Shown here: piece by piece, positions 59,927-64,000 of the stretch
Position numbering within the stretch: the stretch's first letter is position 1
How the letters are laid out: every line of letters starts with the position of its first letter
Assembly (NCBI GenBank): GCA_949294455.1
Contig: CASFHD010000002.1
Location: 20,724 to 84,723 of the forward strand
Length of the DNA: 64,000 nt
From: an uncultured Christensenella sp.
GTDB taxonomy: Bacteria > Bacillota > Clostridia > Christensenellales > UBA1242
Reading direction: 5' to 3'
Notes under the pieces: model-generated
What the model was told of the DNA's origin: nothing
The model's database searches: none
What the model saw: only the letters and a program-made list of their open reading frames with translations
Translations under genes and position numbers: made by a program

Positions 59927-62900
59927 ATGGTAAGTTTTAAAGAAATTGATATTTTGGGGTTTAAAAGTTTTGCTGATCACACTAACATTAAATTTGATGG
60001 TGGTATTACAGCAATTGTAGGACCAAATGGTTGCGGAAAAAGTAATGTTTCTGATGCGATTCGTTGGGTACTAGGTGAACAAAGGGGTAAAAGTCTTCGT
60101 GGCAATTCTATGCAAGATGTCATTTTTGCTGGAACTGAAAAGAGAAAGAGACTGTCATATTGTGAAGTATCAATAGTTTTTGATAATACTAAAAAGTGGT
60201 TTAATTCAGAACACGATGAAATTAAAATAACTCGTAAACTTTACAGAAGTGGCGAAAGCGAATATTTAATTAATGACAAAACTTGCAGGCTAAAAGACAT
60301 AACTGACATCTTGTATGACAGTGGTATTGGTCGTGATGGTTACTCTTTTATAGGGCAGGGTAAAGTCGAAGAAATCATTTCATCAAAGCCAGAAGACAGG
60401 CGTACAATTTTTGAAGATGCGGCAGGTATTTCAAAATTTAAAGCAAGAAAAGTTGAAAGTGAAAGGCGACTTGAACACACTCGTGATAACATAAATAGAC
60501 TTAATGATATTTTGTCAGAAGTGTCAAGAAGACTTGGACCTTTAAAAAAGCAGAGTGAAGATGCAAAATTATATTTAGGTTATAGGGATAGTCTAAAAGA
60601 TTTAGAGATTAATGCTTATGTTTATAGTTATGATAATGCGTCAACTCAAAAAGAAGAAATAACCATTAGAAAACAAGGTTTTCAAGACAATTTAAAAATG
60701 CGTCAAAACGAACTTGACAATCTTCAAATACGTTATGAGCGTAATATGACTGAAATAAGTCGAGTAGATATGCAACTAAATAACTTACACGATGAAATTT
60801 TGGCACTAAACATTGACCTTGAAAAACGACAAGGCGAAAGCAACCTTTACAATGAGCGTATGAAGTTTATTAGCGAACAGCGAGATAAACTTGTTCACTC
60901 TTTATCTGAATTAAACAATGACATACTTGATAAAAAAGAATCATACAACACTTCTTTAAAAAAGCGTGAAGAACTTGAAAATAAACTTGTTGCATTGCGT
61001 GCAAAAAGTGATAAGTTGCAAGACGAGTATTTGCAAATTGTAGATAGTATTACAATAAGTGAAGAAAAGGTGCAAGAAAATCAAAAAGCGATGTTTGAAA
61101 ACCTTTCAAAACTAACTGATATAAAATCAAATTTGTCTTCTATGTTTGCAAAAAGAGATAGTTTAAATCAACTTGGCGTATCTTTACAAGAAAAGAAAAA
61201 GTCATTGATTGAAAATATTTCTCAAGTTGAAAGCGAATTAAACGCAGAAAAAGAAAAATTGTCTTCTGTCAAAGAAAAATTGACTAGTCTAGAATCTACA
61301 ATGTCTTCTAACAAATCTAAACTGAGTGCTGAAGAAAATGACTTAAATGACTTAAATAACAGAATCTATTCATTAAAAACTAGCATTACAAACGATATAA
61401 ACAGAAAAAATATTTTGGTAAATTTGCAACAGGATTATGAAGGATATCAATATGCGGTAAAAAGACTTTTGCAAGATTCTAAAAAAGATTCTGCTTTGAA
61501 CCGCTCAATAAAGGGCGTAATAGGAAATATTATAACTGTAAAAGAAATGTATCAAACTGCTATTGAAGTAGCACTAGGCGCCAGCATTCAGTATGTTGTA
61601 ACTTCTAATGAAGATGATGCTAAACTTTTAATCAGTTATTTAAAAGAAGCAAAATTGGGTAGAGCGACCTTTCTTCCTATGACTAGCATAAAGCCTAGAA
61701 GTTTATCAAAACAAGATGAAAAATATCTGTCTTATAAAGGTGTTTTAGGCGTTGCTAGTGACCTTATTGATTTTGATGAAAAATTTAGAACAATTATCAA
61801 TAGTTTGTTGGGTTCAACTGTGATAGTAGATAATCTTGACAATGCTGTAGCAGTAGCAAGAGTTAGTGGTTTTAGTTTTAAAATTGTAACATTAGAAGGT
61901 GATGTTTTAAATCCGCAGGGAAGTATGTCTGGCGGTAGTAAAAAGGCTAAGGAAAGTTCACTGTTATCAAAAGATGCTGAAATCAAATCTCTAGAGGCAA
62001 ATATTGAAAAGAACAAGTCTATACTTCAAAATATGGAACTTGATTATGATAAAACAAAGGTTACAATTACAAAATTAAAAGAATTAATTGATGGACTTAA
62101 TTATTCTTTGCAAGATACTAATGCAGAATATTCTTCAGCCAACACTAAAATGCAGGCAATACAAAAGAATCTTGACTATTTGAATCAGGATTATAAAGCG
62201 TTAGAAATTGATATAAATAACAATACATATATTTTAAAAGAGTTAAATGAAAAAATTTCAAGTGTCGGAAGCATTGAAACAGATATTGCCGAAAAGCGTG
62301 AGGCGGCGGATATAAATATTCAAAGTCGTGAATCAATGTATTCAGAATTAAAGAAAAAGCGTGAAAGTTACAATGACGAAATGACAAAATTGAAAGTCGA
62401 AATTGCAAGTAGCGAACAATTATTGCAATCTTTAATTTATGATATAGATAGATTTAAAGGCGAAATAGATGAAAAATCTCATTTAGTTGAAGTTCAAAAT
62501 TCTGACCTTGAAAAGATTAACAACAATATTGAAATGTTAAATTCATCTATAAAAGAAATTACAAATGACGCTGACACTCAAGCAATTAAAGAAAAATTAG
62601 AGAAAAAACAAGCAGAATTAGGCTCATTTGACGAACACAAAAAAGCAATAATGCACGAAATAGATGACATTAAAGTTGACAGAGAAACTTTGATGGAAGA
62701 TGTTACAAGACTAAATAACAGAATCTATCAAGAAGAAACAAAACTTCAAAAGGTTGACCTTGACCTAGAGAGTATGCAAGAAAAAATTTATGAGGAATAC
62801 AAACTAACTTATAGCGAATGTAAACCTTTTGCAAAAGAAGAATTTGATTACAAAGAAGGTATGATTGAAATTTCAAAATTAAAATCAAAAATAAATGCTT

Positions 62901-63526
62901 TAGGTTACATAAATGTTTCTGCAATAGATGAATATGCAAGTGAAGGTGCAAGATTTGAAGAAATGTCAACCCAAATGGACGACTTGAAAAAATCAGAAGA
63001 AGATTTGGTTAAAATAATAAATGACCTTTCAACTGAAATGGTTACAAAATTTAATACTGAATTTACAAAAATTAATGAAAACTTTACAAAAGTCTTTAAA
63101 GAATTATTTGGAGGCGGTAATGCACGACTTGAACTTTTGGAAAGCGAAGATCCTTTACAAGCAGGTGTAGAAATTATTGCACAACCACCGGGAAAAAGTT
63201 TAAGGACAATTACTCTTATGTCAGGTGGAGAAAAGGCAATGACTGCCATCGCTATTCTATTTGCAATTTTAAGATTGAAACCTATGCCATTCTGTCTTTT
63301 GGACGAAATTGAAGCAGCTTTAGATGATGCTAATGTTGACAGATATGCTAGTTATTTGCAAAGATTTAGTGAAGTTACACAGTTCATTGTTATTACTCAC
63401 AGAAAACCTACTATGGAAAGAGCAGATAACCTTTATGGTGTAACAATGGAAGAAAAGGGTGTTAGTAAAGTGGTTTCAGTTAAACTTGCTGATGCTGTTA
63501 AAAATTCTTCTGAAGAACAAAAATAA
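59927..63526 (+). CDS. smc: Chromosome segregation protein SMC
   Basis: The N-terminus has FKSFADHT...IVGPNGCGKSNVSDAIRWVLGEQ. It continues with long coiled coils, a hinge, and the C-terminal motifs LSGGEKAMTAIAILFAI and LDEIEAALD. The start is placed at ATG 59927. Confidence 0.92.
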   Translation: MVSFKEIDILGFKSFADHTNIKFDGGITAIVGPNGCGKSNVSDAIRWVLGEQRGKSLRGNSMQDVIFAGTEKRKRLSYCEVSIVFDNTKKWFNSEHDEIKITRKLYRSGESEYLINDKTCRLKDITDILYDSGIGRDGYSFIGQGKVEEIISSKPEDRRTIFEDAAGISKFKARKVESERRLEHTRDNINRLNDILSEVSRRLGPLKKQSEDAKLYLGYRDSLKDLEINAYVYSYDNASTQKEEITIRKQGFQDNLKMRQNELDNLQIRYERNMTEISRVDMQLNNLHDEILALNIDLEKRQGESNLYNERMKFISEQRDKLVHSLSELNNDILDKKESYNTSLKKREELENKLVALRAKSDKLQDEYLQIVDSITISEEKVQENQKAMFENLSKLTDIKSNLSSMFAKRDSLNQLGVSLQEKKKSLIENISQVESELNAEKEKLSSVKEKLTSLESTMSSNKSKLSAEENDLNDLNNRIYSLKTSITNDINRKNILVNLQQDYEGYQYAVKRLLQDSKKDSALNRSIKGVIGNIITVKEMYQTAIEVALGASIQYVVTSNEDDAKLLISYLKEAKLGRATFLPMTSIKPRSLSKQDEKYLSYKGVLGVASDLIDFDEKFRTIINSLLGSTVIVDNLDNAVAVARVSGFSFKIVTLEGDVLNPQGSMSGGSKKAKESSLLSKDAEIKSLEANIEKNKSILQNMELDYDKTKVTITKLKELIDGLNYSLQDTNAEYSSANTKMQAIQKNLDYLNQDYKALEIDINNNTYILKELNEKISSVGSIETDIAEKREAADINIQSRESMYSELKKKRESYNDEMTKLKVEIASSEQLLQSLIYDIDRFKGEIDEKSHLVEVQNSDLEKINNNIEMLNSSIKEITNDADTQAIKEKLEKKQAELGSFDEHKKAIMHEIDDIKVDRETLMEDVTRLNNRIYQEETKLQKVDLDLESMQEKIYEEYKLTYSECKPFAKEEFDYKEGMIEISKLKSKINALGYINVSAIDEYASEGARFEEMSTQMDDLKKSEEDLVKIINDLSTEMVTKFNTEFTKINENFTKVFKELFGGGNARLELLESEDPLQAGVEIIAQPPGKSLRTITLMSGGEKAMTAIAILFAILRLKPMPFCLLDEIEAALDDANVDRYASYLQRFSEVTQFIVITHRKPTMERADNLYGVTMEEKGVSKVVSVKLADAVKNSSEEQK

Positions 63527-63551
63527 AAGAGTGCTTTTCACTCTTTTTTTA
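63526..63551 (+). terminator. Rho-independent terminator after smc
   Basis: aaagagtg-ctttt-cactcttt followed by a T-run. Confidence 0.75.
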
Positions 63552-64000
63552 TGCAAACTAATTCTCTGTTAGCATATTTTTTGTTAATTTATTATTTTCA
63601 TTTTTAAATTTGTTTTAAAATATAGTTTATTTTAGAATTTTTTTGCTTATTTTATAGATTACATTTTTATATACTAATTCATATTATACAAAAATTTCAT
63701 ATTATTTTTATCTATGTAATCATTTTGAATATTTTTATAGGTATATTAAACTTTATCGTTAATTTTTTTATTCTATAATTAACGTATTCTAAGACAACTT
63801 GATATTTTTTTATATAAGTTTTAAATAATACTGTTATAGAATTTAACATTTAGTATTCGATTTTTTAATTATTATATTTAATGTAAAAATATATTTATAA
63901 AAGTTAAAATATTATTTTATGTTCTATTTTTGTTTTTGATTTTAAATTTGCTATATAATTTAAAGTATCAATATGTTTTATACAAATTATAGTTGAATTT

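Overview
This is a 64-kb, very AT-rich chromosomal segment from a low-GC, spore-forming Firmicute (Clostridia-like, standard genetic code). All calls rest on motif recognition and reading the sequence by eye. No database search was run.

About 85% of the genes lie on the + strand and most are housekeeping. They include mnmA (partial), murG, rnj, rnpB, polA, nth, obg, yhbY, pcrA, ligA, ftsA, ftsZ, rplS and smc. They also include the conserved Bacillus-type block nfeD-floA-yqfC-yqfD-ybeY-era-recO-rpsU. Sporulation capacity is shown by an uninterrupted sigK plus yqfC and yqfD.

Accessory or unusual content:
1. A compact ~10-kb phage-derived operon lies between mnmA and tRNA-Gln. It carries a late-activator-like gene, TerL, portal, scaffold, major capsid, three unknowns and a phi-LC3-type holin. 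I see no integrase, repressor, replication genes, terS, recognisable tail module or endolysin.
2. A signal-peptide-less DUF11-repeat operon sits divergent from sigK and is bracketed by related A-rich microsatellites.
3. A G+C-rich BclA-like collagen-repeat gene carries an 81-bp tandem duplication.
4. A tandem-domain, signature-degenerate ThyX-like gene.
5. A frameshift-ridden pseudogene.
6. Four singleton tRNA genes, all on the minus strand and all with C34 anticodons.
7. Several long ORF-free AT-rich spacers, one of which holds a 4x ~30-bp tandem repeat.

No CRISPR array, transposase or recognisable defence system was seen.
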